The notes under the pieces were generated by a model that was not told where the DNA came from, made no database searches, and saw only the letters and a program-made list of their open reading frames with translations. The position numbers and the translations under genes are program-made. Below are positions 33,801 to 47,258 of a stretch of 64,000 nucleotides of DNA, one piece after another (the first letter of the stretch is position 1; every line of letters starts with the position of its first letter). Source of the DNA: Macrostomum hystrix. Its lineage: Eukaryota > Animalia > Platyhelminthes. The DNA lies in the NCBI GenBank assembly GCA_950097015.1, contig CATNEN010000039.1, forward strand, positions 930,001-994,000, given 5' to 3'.

Positions 33801-36800
33801 ATCGAAGAAGTGGTGGCACCAGCTGGATTCTGTCAGCTCGAAAATCCAGAGGCAAGTGACATCACAAAACGGCTTAGCAACTTGGCTGATGCCATGGAAA
33901 ACGATGCAACAGAGAAGCCAGTGCACCCAGACAGACAAAGCGCTTATCACCCAGGCATCATCATCCTGGAGGAGGCTGCTGCACAGTTGGAAATCCTGCT
34001 TGACGATAGCGACCTTGTAATGCCTTGCACGATATCTGGTGCAAAGCCAGAAATCGACATCCATGACGAAGACATGGTTCCTCTGGCTGAGTCACCTCGA
34101 CCCGAAAATAGTCAACCAGGGCCAAGTAGTACTCTGAGTATTGAGAAGTTTAAGCCGCCAAGTCTCACAACACTGCCAGACATGAACCTTGGCGATGATG
34201 AGCTAGAGATCAGCGATGGGCTGGAAGTCAGAGGCGCTACTTCGTCGCCAAAAATATCTACGGATAGGAATTCCACGGACTTAACTCTTCGGCATATCGA
34301 TGTAGCCCTCACTGGCTCTGGCGCTTCCGATAAAATGCCTCAGCTCGGGTTCGAGACTGGTACCTTGAAGAATGAAGTCACAGCTGAGTCATTGGAGGCC
34401 TTGACTCTTGAGCTTGACGAGGCTGGCTTTGAACCAGAACGGAATCTAGGGATCCTTTCACTGGGGCCTGTTGTTACAGAGGATTGGGTCGATATTTCAG
34501 CCAAAGCCACCTCACCAGCTCACTTGTTAGACAGTAGCAACCTCACAGCAACTCCCACTGGTGGTTGCTCTCCAGCACTGGCGCCGCAACAACCGCCAAG
34601 ATCTCCAACTGCAATGTCCCGATTGGAGCTCGAGCTGCTTGACAAATCGGTGTTTTTCCCGCGAGTTCGACAGAGTGGTGAAAAAAATAGCGAATCGTCA
34701 TCTGACAGCGCCAGCCAGCTGGGCAGAGACAGCGATGCGGAGGATGCAGAAAGCTGGGTGGATCCTCACGAGTACCGACCGAGCAAGCGGTCACACTACA
34801 ACCCGTTGGTGCCACGCCTAGACTTCACTGATCTCAATCGGTCTGTGTCCTCTGAAGGCGACTGCGAAAGCAACGAACCAGCAACCCCGATGGCTCCACG
34901 AGTGCCGCCAGCTGTGAAAGAGCTGGCCGCTGCCGCAGCTGCCGCTGCCGCGGTCAGGACGCCGCGTTTGCCACTTCAACGGCAATCTTCACAACCGGCG
35001 CAGCCGCAACAGAGCCAGTATGGTAGCAGCAGCAGTGAGCAGCAGAAGCCGCCGATGTCAGCACCACCAGTTTCCCGAGTAGCAGGCTCTGGTGTGCCTA
35101 TCTGGGACAGCGTAATTAAGGAGCTCAAGAACAAGACTAGAGTTGAGCCCGTGCGTACCTTTCAGCCCACCTGGTCTGTGGGTGAGCCCACGAAGCGAAC
35201 TTCCGCCTTTGCTTCGCAGGGCAGGCATCAAATTGAGACGGCGCTGACCCAGCTGCGGCCCCGCCCAACCTTCCTGCCGGCTACTCAGAGGCCCAAACAG
35301 CCTTGGCAGCAAGAGCATCAGCGACAGCAGCACCAGCGTACCCTCTCACCCGGTCCGCAATCTTCGCAGTTGCAGAAATTGATGCCTCCACCGACACTGC
35401 CCAAACCCAAGATCCCTGCCAGGCCGCATCCCATGGCTGCTGTGAAGCACAGGTAAATACACGCATTGCAAATGCTTTCATTTATCTGCTCATGCTAGTA
35501 TTATAGTACGTGCTACTTAGAAAGCCCTAATAGCGTCTGCTTTCCCCTATTTAATGGCTTTTTTGCGTGCGTGACTGCCAGCCGAGTCTCAGAATCTGCT
35601 TTTGTCCAAATTGAGAATTAATTTGGTCCCGTCTCCACCTCTTACTCCCAAGAGGAAAGTTCCGCCTGTTTTGTGCCGCATTCATGGCATTGCAATCCTA
35701 GCAGTAGGAAACTTTTATATTCTAAAAATAGCCTTGGAGTAGAGAAATGCTCTAGCACAGCTGCTCTCTCCGTGTGCTCTTTAAGATTTACAGGAATTTA
35801 ATTGAAGGCAATCTTGCAGCTTTTAGCAATGTGTTTCCTTCCCATTTTACCAGCGATAGCTGCAAGCTCTAGCGCCTTTACGGTCGGCAATTAAATACAG
35901 TAGTCAATGGCGCCTGCTTTCAGGTAGGAGGCAGGGCAACCAGCTAAGCTGTCGCTCAAGCTTTGCTAAGCTCTCCTTGCAGCTCTGCATGACTTTCTAG
36001 TTATTAAGATACTTTTTCACTGAAGAACTCGTATGTTGTCACGTTAATTAAGATGCTATTCGCACTAGGAAAGCCAATGATGCAGTACCCGGGGTGTGAG
36101 CACAGTTATGAGTAGAGAACAAAATTGTCTCGCTTTCTTGAGAACACTCGGCATTGACCTGAGTGGGAGCCAGAATATTAAGCAGCCTGACGCTTTCCTA
36201 TAATTGTCTCCAACAGGCTTGGCGTGGCTGAGATCTTGATGCCTGCTGAACTCAGATCGGCAGCGACCTCGATCATGACGAAAGCCAGCGATCTCACTGG
36301 CTTAGAAGACAGCGGAGAAAAATATAGCCAAGAAACCGAGAAGACGTGTTCCAATAACACGATCCACGAGCGACAGGAAGCTGAGATCGATGACTCTGCG
36401 ATGACTGAGCCTAAGAAAACGCAACCTCAATTTTCAGACGCACAGAAGTCTTTAACTGCTCAAGAACAGCCAGCAGTTTGTACCGAGGAGCAGTTTGATG
36501 CTCTGGATGAAATCAAAGGCGCTGCATTGACGGAAGATGAAGCTGCTCATGCTGAACTCGATGTCCGATTAAAAGCATCAGAAGAGAAGCAAGAGACAAT
36601 CACAATGACTCTGAGTACTGATGCACCGGTAAAAGTCGCCCCAAGGAGGACAGCAGAGACAATCATCGGCGCTACAGAAAACATCGAAGAACCACCTGCT
36701 ACAGAGAGCACAACGATTGAGCTTGTTGCGACTGAAACAGCTGCCGATGAGCAGCTGCCACTAAGTCAAGAAGAGGAACTGCACGCGCTGGCTGAGCTGC

Positions 36801-39800
36801 TTTCGGTCAATCCTCAAGAAGCTAAAACGATCTCAGACGCGCTGGCTGGAACACGACAACAGCCAAAATCAGAAGAGGACGAATTTTTTGAAAGACTGGA
36901 TAAGGCGGACGGCTTGACCGAAGAAGAGCTGGTAAAAGTGGCTCAGCTGATGAAAATGGACCAGGAAACTGCGAGAGCTGTGGCCAGGTTCCTTGTTACT
37001 CAACAGCCAGGAAATGAGGGAGCTAGCGAAAGCGACGAAGAGGAGACAGGGAAACACGACGAGACCGACGCCCCAGCCGATGATGCTGCGCTTTCTGACG
37101 CGGAGTGGGAGCGGCTCCAGAGTCGCTACTTTGACGGTACTGACGAGTTTCGGTTTGTGCGGCCTTTGAGGGATGCTGCCGAAGTCGGTGACGGCACCGA
37201 GTCAGCCATTAGTCGTGGATCATCAGGCGCGACGGGTAGCGACGTTCGGCGTCGGTTGCGCGACTTCAGCGATCTGCTGCTTGGCTTCGACGACGTCAAA
37301 GATGACGCCTCGGTTGGTGATGATGCCGCATCGGAACGCAGCTTTGACGTAGAGTTGATGCGCGCCCGCTTCGAGCGCCTATTAAGCTTCTCCGACCGCG
37401 CTTCCATCGTCTCCTCGGATCACACAAGTCTCGCGCCGTCCTCCATTAGCGGCACGCGCCGAAGACGTCCGGTTGGAGCCGTAAGCATCTCACGCACGTC
37501 ATCCCGAGCCGGCAGCTTTGCCGCTGCGGCAGCTGCAGATGCTTTAACTCCTGGAGATTTGTCGCCACAGCCAGTGCCACACCCGGTTGGACGGCCTGTC
37601 CGACGCGCGCAATCGGATGCACTTCGTAGCGCCACGCAACTTAAGCAGATCGTCCAAATTAAACGAATGATTGAACGTCGGCGTCAACAACAGCATCAGC
37701 TTGAGCAGGAGCGGCAGCAACACAGCGGACCATCGGCGGATCATGAAACATCTTCCGCTGCTGCCCAACATCGCATTTCAGATGACAACCTGGCGCCCGG
37801 AGGCACGCACTCCCCGTCACCACTGTCAGCCACTGCATCAATGCCGCCACCCACCGTGGTGGTTGTTGAGCCGCCACCGGAGGATCTCATAGAGGAAGCA
37901 GCGATACTAACCCAGGATGCGCAAGCAACAAAAGTGGAAGTAGCAGCAGCAGAAAATGCAACACTGGTAGATGCTCATAAACAGCTGGAGCGGCAGCAGC
38001 AGCAGAAGCAGCAGCAGCAAAAGCATCCACTATCAACTGCCGGTGAGGTTAGAATCTCGCTGTCAGATTCAGCAAGTGGCACTCTGACTGTTCGGGTGTT
38101 CGAGGCCCGCGGCCTTCCAGCTGGCGATACAAAGAGACTGAGGACAGACAGGTAAAGTGGAAAATCTATCCTATTTTTCTTATTTACTATTATGCTAAGA
38201 TTTCTCTGAGAGAAGCTCTGAGCAGTTTACCACGGGAAATTTTTAACAACCTGCATTGTGAAATTTTTGTTATACTTTTACAGCCCCACGAAAAGCCGTA
38301 TAGGTCTTCAAATTGCGGCAAATTTGTAGCTGAAAAAAATTGCACAAAATGAGTTGCAAATTTAAACATTGAAGTTTGAATATTTAGAGGGTGGCAATTA
38401 GGGAGGACCGGAATCATCTCTCGAAGCATTTAGCGACACACAGCAGAAAAGGCTTGCTCGCCAGACTACGATGCGATAATTAGAATGAGTGAGCTGCAAA
38501 CTCGAGTGCAGCCAGCCAAACTCCAGCAATGCCGACTCGAGTGCAGCCAGCCAAACTCCAGCAATGCCGACTCGAGTGCAGCCAGCCAAACTCCAGCAAT
38601 GCCGACTCGAGTGCAGCTAGTCAAACTCCAGCAATGCCGACTCGAGTGCAGCCAGCCAAACTCCAGCAATGCCGACTCGAGTGCAGCTAGTCAAACTCCA
38701 GCAATGCCGACTCGAGTGCAGCCAGCCAAACTCCAGCAATGCCGACTCGAGTGCAGCCAGCCAAACTCCAGCAATGCCGACTCGAGTGCAGCTAGTCAAA
38801 CTCCAGCAATGCCGACTCGAGTGCAGCCAGCCAAACTCCAGCAATGCCGACTCGAGTGCAGCCAGCCAAACTCCAGCAATGCCAACTCGAGTGCAGCCAG
38901 CCAAACTCCAGCAATGCCAACTCGAGTGCAGCCAGCCAAACTCCAGCAATGCCGACTCGAGTGCAGCCAGCCAAACTCCAGCAATGCCAACTCGCATGCG
39001 CCCCACATGTCTCTCATCCTCTTGTTATGGTTCTCTTGGCCAGATGAGAAGCGACGTCCGTCCAACTAATTGTCTCATCGAGCCGCAATGTTTCAACTCT
39101 TGAGGCCTGTGAAGATTTTATGCTCTGAGCTTCGCTTTGAGCCCACAGAGGACCGTCCGCCATTTGACAGGCAGCGGATATGAAAGAGCCGCTGCTGACC
39201 CGAGTGAAATCTGCCAGCATTGCCGTCATTATTGTTCCGCCAACCCCAACTATTCAGGCTTCTGATTTACGAGCCCAGAACTCGCACAGCTAGATTTGAT
39301 AGAGAAAACTGGCTTTAGATAAATCAATGTTCGAAGCAGCGCGAGTCCAAGCCCTTGGGCCATAGCAGCATTCTCATAGCTAGCTCGAAAGCAATATGTA
39401 GAAGTGCTATGCGAGTATGAGCACTATGAAGGCCAAAAAACACTCTGCATTGAATAGATAGAGAAGTCTCAGGCTCGTGCGTGTGTGTGCGTGTGCGTGT
39501 ATGTGTGTGTGTGTATGTGTGAGTTATTCTGACCCAGACAAAATTGAACTGAACCGCTCCTCCATCTGGAAACAGCCAAGTCGGGCTCTCGGGGTGATGA
39601 ATGCGCCAAGGAATGCAGGCCGCCTCATCGCATTGTCTCGAGCTTCTATTTTTAGCTCGCACAGCGCTACCCAGTAGGTCAGTGGGTGGGTGAGTTGTGC
39701 TATGCGGCCTGCTCAGAGCACAACAAGCTGCAAGCGAAGGCGAGCTCAATTTCTGATCTGCCAGACCTGTTGCAGAGGCGGCGCCAGCTTAGAAAGCGTC

Positions 39801-41262
39801 GACTAACTCGGCCCGCGTGATGCAACTCATCGGCTGAAATCCTTCTGCGGGCCGAGCCTAAATGCCCCACTGCTTTCGCTAGGGTCAGACCAGGCACATG
39901 ACTCCAGCTTGACCCACAGCTCTGATTGGCCTTGTAAACAAGCAAAGACTAAATTTACTGGCCGATGAAAACTACTCAAAGGCTTTGAATTTATGACTAA
40001 AGTTATCGAAAGTCCGCTGCGATTGTGTTGTTAATTGTTCTCTTGAAAATTCAAGCTTGCTACTCGCAGTAGCAACGTGGGTGAAGATTTAGCTTATTAT
40101 CAATGATTAATTCTATTTCAGCTACGTCAAGCTGACCTTGTTGCCCGATCGGCTGAAGAAGAAAACAAAAGTAAAGAAGAACTCTGTGAATCCCGTGTTT
40201 GACGAGTCATTCAAGGTGAGGGCCTTACTCCAAGTTCTTACTCAACAGATTTCTAGACCTTTAGCTTTACATTGCATCAAAAGCATGAACTGCTCAAAAC
40301 TGCAGCTCCCGTCAGCAGCGGCTCAGCCCCAGTCGGGTAGACGCAGCCTTCTGGTCTCCGTGTGGCACAGCGCCGACTTCCTGCAATCGAACCAGCTTCT
40401 CGGCGACTGCGTTATCGACATCGACGCCTGCTTGGCGGATTCAAAGCAGCAGCAGCAGCAACAGGAGGAGGAGGGCCAGTGGCACAAGCTGACGGGCCAC
40501 AGCAGGCGGCCGTCTCAGCAGGAGTTGCCGTTGTGCAGCGGGGAGCTCGTCGTGGCTGTCCGGCTGGCCGGCCAGGAGCTGCAGGTGCGGGTGAAGGAGG
40601 CGGCCGGACTGGCCGGAGCTCGGCCCAGCGGACACTCGGCGGAGTGGTTTGTCAAACTGTAAGTCCCAGTTTCATTAGCACAAATCTTGCCTTAGGTAAG
40701 TATGTATCCGTTACAGAACGTCTTTCGGTCCTGTCTTCTTGCTCTTTCTCTCGCTCAAATCTCATTTTGGATCGGAAAATGTCAATGAAATACAAAAGTG
40801 GCCACATATTTGCTTGTAAATCTTCTGTCGCAATAGCAGAACACTTAGCGAATTCAAAAGCAGTCATCTTGCCGAGTAACTGAGCAAGTGAAACACCCGT
40901 TACCCGAACGCAGCTACCTGCTGCCCGACCGCAGCAAGCGCGGCAAACGCAAGACAGCCGCTGCCGCCGCCACTGCCTCTGCGGTTATGTGGCACAACAC
41001 CGTGCTGAAATTTGATGGCATCAGCGCGGACAGCCTGCCAAGCCGGAGCCTGGAGTTCAGCGTCTGGGAGGCGTCCGGCCTGGGCGCCGTTCACCGGCAG
41101 TACCTGGGCGGAGCCCTTCTGCCGGACCCCGCTTCAGCCACCGATTCCGAAGCTGTGGTCTGGCGCGCAGTGCTGACGGACGCAGCTGCTGCAGGCGGAG
41201 GCTGGACGGAGGCCCGCCTGCAATTGCGCGATATGCGGGAGCCGCGGCCCCCCGGCGAGTAG
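27881..41262 (+). CDS. Synaptotagmin-like protein (Slp4/5/bitesize-type Rab27 effector), ~3076 aa; exons 27881-28029, 28107-28328, 28759-28898, 29002(or 29005)-29292, 29755-35452, 36217-38151, 40122-40215, 40306-40658, 40914-41262
   Basis: N-terminal SHD (FLTDLEKESVVQVLQRNEKIRKQE), a Cys-rich FYVE-related finger, the TGNW motif, and tandem C-terminal C2 domains (DSYVKLTLLPD..KKKTKVKKNSVNPVFDE; YLLPDRSKRGKRKT). All 8 introns are GT-AG and phase-consistent, giving 9231 nt. Confidence 0.88.
30535..31766 (+). repeat. Near-identical 335-bp exonic duplication (30535-30869 vs 31432-31766)
   Basis: Offset 897 bp (299 codons); one synonymous difference seen (AGT/AGC). Confidence 0.93.
38501..38994. 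repeat. 35-bp intronic minisatellite, ~14 copies
   Basis: (ctcgagtgcagccagccaaactccagcaatgccga)n. Confidence 0.97.
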
Positions 41263-42872
41263 AGCTCTCGGCTGACGCTTTCTTGACAACTCCATGGCTT
41301 CTGTTTGCTCACCGGCCACGCTAGAAAACAAGTATTGCTAATATTTTATGACAAATATTTCAGTTGACTCTTCTGTGAAGATTCTGTAGAAGTTTATCCT
41401 CGAGTGAAACTATTTTTATATTCACCGTCTCCCATTTCTGCCTCGGCTCCTGGTTGATAAGCCCACGAACTCATAGTTCAGCTCTGGCAATGATATTTTG
41501 CTGTCTACGGGATCTGCCACTGCTAAGCTGTGCTCATCTTCTTCCCTGCTTTGTACTCATGCTGCCGCCCCCAAACCGACTTGAACAATATCCTAAACCG
41601 TTGCTCATCATGTATTTTAGTGCTATTTGTCAGCACCCGTGACCCCTCTTGCTTTGAGATCTCTATTGTCTACTCATAATTAGTTCGGAGTCGATACAAT
41701 CTCCACATTGGTTTTCTATTTGTGCTCACATTTTTGTTTCAAATAACTTCACCTACTATTTAATTTAAGTAAACTGTCTTCTCAAGAAAATAACGTTAGT
41801 GAGCATCTAGTGCCTGTGTGTCTCAGGTCGACTGCTCGCCAAGGCCATTGTTGGTTGGCTCGGCTTTGGCCTCGCCCTTTCTTACCCTCCTGCCCCGTCC
41901 CTGCTCAGAGTGCCCTGTGCCGCCACCTGATTGGCCGGGTGCGGGCATTGTCTGTCAATCCTTACCCCAGGCCTGCGTGGCTTTGCCCCTCCCGCCAATC
42001 AGCTCTGCGTAGCTTTGCCCGTCCACCCGGCCAGCGCGTACAACCCTCCCCCTCCCTGCGCACTGCTTGTGCACCGCCTTCGCTGTCTGCCCTCCTCCCT
42101 CATGTAGCTGCCCTATTTGTTTACTATTATCCTCCCGTGCCGGCGCAACCTCTCTCACTCCGGCGAACTTTAAGATTCGAGCCGTAAAGACGGTCTCTTA
42201 CTGCGAAGTTTCAAGTTATTGCATACAAATAAACCGAAATCGGGTCATCCTGTCTGCGTTCCGACCTGACCTGTAAGCGCTGCATTCGTGTCTTTCCTTT
42301 CGGAGTGCCAGGCGTGTACAGAGTACTGTATCTTTCTAAGAAAAACTGAGTGAGCGTCCTAACGGTGGTGGCTGAAGCAGAGCGTCCTGGTGATGATGAC
42401 GCCTGGTTCATTGATTATTCATATTATACTTAGTAGCACTGTATAGACCGGGGATCCCAAACCGACCGGTCACTACAAGCAGAAGGGATTCGTTAGATTG
42501 CTGATATCTATTTTAATATTTGATAATGCTCCTGTCTCTCTCTTTATTTGAATTTCTGCAATTTGAGATATGCCAACAGTTAAAAGTACAAGCAGCGCAT
42601 CACACTCAGGCGCAATATCATGTATTTCAAGCAGTGTCTGGCATAGTTTCGCATCCTGAGTCTCCGCCACGAAGAGAAGCGGGCGGCTTCCTGTGTCGAG
42701 CTTTGGCTCCCAGCGCGGAAGTCCACTCGAGCGGATGCCAGGGCTCATTCCAAGTGCTGCGGTGTCGGACAGGGCCAAACTGATATAAAGGGATCTCAGT
42801 CCCTTCTGAACCGCTGCCCGGACTTCATTCCTCTGTGTCCGCCCGGTCTTGGAGTCCTTTCCACCTTTAGCC

Positions 42873-44709
42873 ATGGGCAAGTGGTTCGGCAAGTCCAAGA
42901 AGTCCAAGGCGGCGGCAAACAAGAGCCGAATCTCCCAGCCGAAGCCCTACGCAGCAGTCGGCAACGCCTTCGAGGACTCGCTGCTCTACAACCGACCAGC
43001 TGGCGCTACGAGCTCAACCACCTCCTTCTTACCTCACGTGGCGCAACCGCCACCACCGCTGCCGCCGCCCCGGCGATGGTCGCAAAGCGAATCAAGCGCG
43101 TCAACATCGGAGCGGCTGCGGGAAGCAATGCATGCGAAGCTCGCCACGATTCCGTCTGAGTCTGCAACGGCTGATCAGTCGGCCTCATCTTCCTCCTCAT
43201 CCTCTTCTTCTTCATCATCATCATCTTCTTCTTCATCCTCTTCATCATCATCTTCTTCGTCTTCCTCCTCTTCCTCTTCATCGTCAGAATCGTCGACGCT
43301 CTCAAAGTCGAAGTCAACGGCAGACTGTCTCGGCCGCCGAAGTCGCAGCCTCGGCACAATTGGGGAGGACAGCCTGTGTGCTTACGTGGCCAACAACTGG
43401 CGCACAGCGCAAGCCAGGTCGAAGGCCTGCAGGTCTTGGGAATTCAGCCACTCGTTCAGCTCCAGCTCTGGCAGCATCTCGGATACCACTTCTGCCTACT
43501 GCACACCTACTCAGACCAGACACCGCGACGAGCCCAGTAAGGCCTACCACCAAGGCAAGAGTGCAGAACGAGTAAACAAAGTGAACAACACCTCTCCTAA
43601 TGGAAGTCCTGAGAAGTGCTATTATCGATCGACAATGAAAAAGGGTGCCATGGGCTATCTTGAGAAGTCTTCTCCTGATTGTGGACCGGGGAGGCACAAT
43701 AGTCACTCAGAGATCCATCATGACAAAACCGCTCCTGAGTTTTCTCTAGCTCACTGGATGGTCAAGAAGGCCGCAATCAGTCATGCTGACAAGGCTTGTC
43801 CTGTTCCTAGCTCTGAAGCTTGCCTTCGTAAGATTACCAGGTCCTGTGATAAGCTAGACATGGCGGCCAGCAGAGCAGCAGAAAATGTCTGCGACAACTC
43901 AAACAGAACCAGTTCGAAAGCACCCTGCGACGCTCAAGCTACAACCTGCAACACAATTCCTGGGAATCACGCCCAATGCTCAGATTCATCAATGCGCTGT
44001 AAGTAGAACTCAACTTGCATGCATTTTGTTTTTTGCACCTTTTGAACGAGTCATTATTAACAGACCGATTAAACTGGCTGCGTTTCAGCCAAGATTTCGC
44101 AGAACCCGATGAATTTGCACGAATGCAAGAAGCCAACCTGCCGAGAACAGTCTTCAGAGCGGTATGAGACTGCTCGCTCCAAGGGAACCAGCTGTTCGAA
44201 GCCAAGAGCACACGAGATGCATTGTGAGTTTGAACCAATAGTAATATTCACTTACGCTAGCAAGGGAGCTTACGATCGGGCCACTGTGACCTATACTAGA
44301 AGTATAGGCACTTGATTTGGAGTAAATGGCACTGAATAGCCAGCTCACACAGTAAGGAAAAGTTAATCCAACTTTAATACAACTTTCAGCCTCTGATGAC
44401 AGTGACTACACTGAACTGCCGTGTCAGCCCAGCCATTGCCATTTGCCGAGCAAATGTCCCACTGGTAAAGGCGAGACGCACAAAGAAGCGTTTCATTTTT
44501 CAAGTGCTACATCGTCTTCGAAAAGCAGCAGTAGCGGCGCCTCCCGGAGCATCTGCAACCCGGCTTGCAGCAACAAAAGTGCCAGTAAAAACAACAGAAT
44601 TAGCGACAACGAATGCAGCAAAACAAGTTATAAAAGTATAAACAGTAACCACGAGAATAATAAAACAATCTGCAACAACAAGGGCAAAGCTTATGCCAAC
44701 AAAAATACT

Positions 44710-44745
<36 letters not shown>

Positions 44746-45120
44746 GACTACATTGTTGCTGGCAATCAAAACGCGCCTCCCTCTTTGCCAGCGCCAGCAA
44801 AGGTGACTTTGAAGCGCCGTGATTCGTCCAGAGTCGGAGTAGTACACAAGTGTCGACAACGGAGCATCGTGTGTCACCGAGGCCGTCACCCGCACCTGCC
44901 CGAACTGCAGACGACTCGTAAAGGAGTCAGCCACCGACGATGTCAGCACCAGCCCAGCATGTCCTGGAAGCTCAGCCGGGACAAGCGCGGCTGTCCGGTT
45001 TTCTTCAGCTGGCACCAGATGCCGGCTGGCTGCGACCTGAGCCGCTACGACCCCATCGCCCTGCACCAATGCCTCATGCGGCACGAGCTGCAGAGAAACA
45101 ACTTTAATCGCTGCTGTTGA
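42873..45120 (+). CDS. Orphan Ser-rich protein (~663 aa); exons 42873-43998, 44089-44223, 44390-45120
   Basis: TATAAA at ~42784, GCCATGG start, and three long ORF segments joined by phase-1 GT-AG introns. Poly-Ser tracts; no recognised domain. Confidence 0.7.
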
Positions 45121-46930
45121 GCTTCTGTAAAAAACTGCTAGAAAATTCTAATTCTCATTTATTTTCGGATCAACCGCTTACATTAGCTCAAGCTGGGCCA
45201 GTGCCAATAGTAGTGCAACTTTATTCGAAATTCGATTGCAGTGTCACTGGAAATCGTAGATAGTTGTCCTTCAGTGCTTCAACTCACTTGACTTATCCGC
45301 AGGGCGGTCCGAAGACGCGGCGAGTGTTGTGCATTCCGCTAATTCCTGAATCACCCGCTTCTGCACAGGGCGCGGGGGCAATCAGGGAGGTCCGTCAGTC
45401 CTTCCTATGGCGTGGTCCTCCTTGGGGAAAAAAGAGGCCTGTCTGTTAGCCCTGAGGAACCGGACGAGCCGTGGGATGTTCTCGGATCTGCAAATGTCGT
45501 CCATTGATGGATTTGGTCCGAGTCGGTTTAGCCTCTCCCTATTAAAGAAATAGCATTGGCAAACGAAGTGCAGGTATCTTCGTTTTCGAGGTTACAGAAA
45601 GGGCACGTTACGTTCCGGAGGTCTCCCCGGAGGAAGCAGTGCCTAGCGTAGCAGCCATGGCCTGTGGGGGTCACGTGAGGCCAGGGAGTCAGCGCAAAGC
45701 CTTTCAGATTTCAACTCATAACAATGGACCGCTGCTTATTCCAGTTGGACTCTGGTTATTTTTCTTATTAAAACTGGCCCTCCGAACTGCAGCTGACAAA
45801 GTTGACTTTAAGTGCAGTGAGGAACTCGTGCGCTCGACCGCAATCTCTTCAGTTCACTGGCCTCTTCCAGTGGAGCTCTGGTCGTCTGCGGTGACAATCG
45901 AATGTCTATGGCCGAACCCTTCGGCGCTCGATTTTGTGAAGCCTTGAGCCGCAAGCCTCAAGCAAAGCATGCTAATCGGAATTCATCTTAGGTGGTTTCA
46001 CACGTAGAGTATTTACATATCGTTTTTTAACGCAAAGTATTCACCCCTGCTTTACAGCTGCTTAAAATGACAGTGAACTTATATGAGAAAGCCATAATTA
46101 TGTGCCCTTTTTCGAGTTAAATAAATTAAATATTATTTTCAGAACTAATAAAAGCAACTAAAACTTCCCTGGCTGATTAATAAGTACTCAATTGCTTTCT
46201 TTCGAAGTTAAACCTGAGAAGTATATGACATAATTACATGTGCAGTAACTGCGGTCGGTTACGTTTACTTCGAGTAACCGCTAAAACAGGCGTTAAGACG
46301 CTCTGCTTCGGCCTGGCACTGGGTGGCGTTAGGACGCTCACACAGTACTTGCAGTAGTAACGTGTTATAATAGGAGAGCTACTAACACAGGCGAGAGGTC
46401 GCTCTAGCAGGGACAAATATAAATAAGATTGTAAAATTAATGCAGACAAGGCACTCCGAAAGGAAATACGCGAATGCGGTGTAGACGCAGGTGAAGACGC
46501 AGACGCTCTGATGAATTCGATACATTTGGTTTGGTTTCGCTGGTTTGTATGGTATGCAATCTATTGAGACGTGCCAGTAAGAGGCCGTCTTTACGGCTCA
46601 AATTCTAAATATTAGACACGAGCGAAACGGCACGGGCAGGCAATGCTACTAAAATTAGGGCTGCTACCTATAGAGTGCGGCAGTCAGCAGGCGCGAAGCC
46701 ACCAGCGCGCAGGTAGGGGAAGGGTTGCACGCCCGGCCAGGTTGACGGGCATGGTCACCCAGAACTGATTGACAGGAGCGGCAAAGCCACGTAGGGCTGG
46801 GGGTAGAGCAATAGACTACGCCCGCGCCCAGCCAATCAGGAGGTGGCGCGGGGCACGCAGAGCTGGGAACAGGAGGGAATGGCGAGACAAAGGCCTAGCA
46901 ACCTCAACCAAAACTGCCCAACAGCCTCAA

Positions 46931-47258
46931 TTCCATTCCATTCTATTCCATTCCAGTCCATGCGACCCCATTCGATTCCATTCTATTCCATTTCATTCGA
47001 TTCCATTCTATTCCATTTCATTCGATTCCATTCTATTCCATTTCATTCGATTCCATTCTATTCCATTTCATTCGATTCCATTCTATTCCATTTCATTCGA
47101 TTCCATTCTATTCCATTTCATTCGATTCCATTCTATTCCATTTCATTCGATTCCATTCTATTCCATTTCATTGCATTCTATTCTATTCCATTCCATTATA
47201 TTCCATTCGATTCCGTTTCATTCCATTCTATTCCATTCCATTCTATGCAATTCCATTC
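46931..47258. repeat. (ATTCC)n-derived satellite with a 25-bp higher-order unit
   Basis: (ttcgattccattctattccatttca)n core flanked by simpler ATTCC repeats. Confidence 0.95.

Noticed and set aside
38398-39103. Repetitive ORFs on both strands
   Set aside because: Products of the intronic 35-bp minisatellite.
41818-42269. Possible solo LTR (short inverted ends TCAGGTCG/CGACCTGA, AATAAA, flanking cctgt)
   Set aside because: Lacks clean TG...CA termini; cannot be supported without copy-number data.
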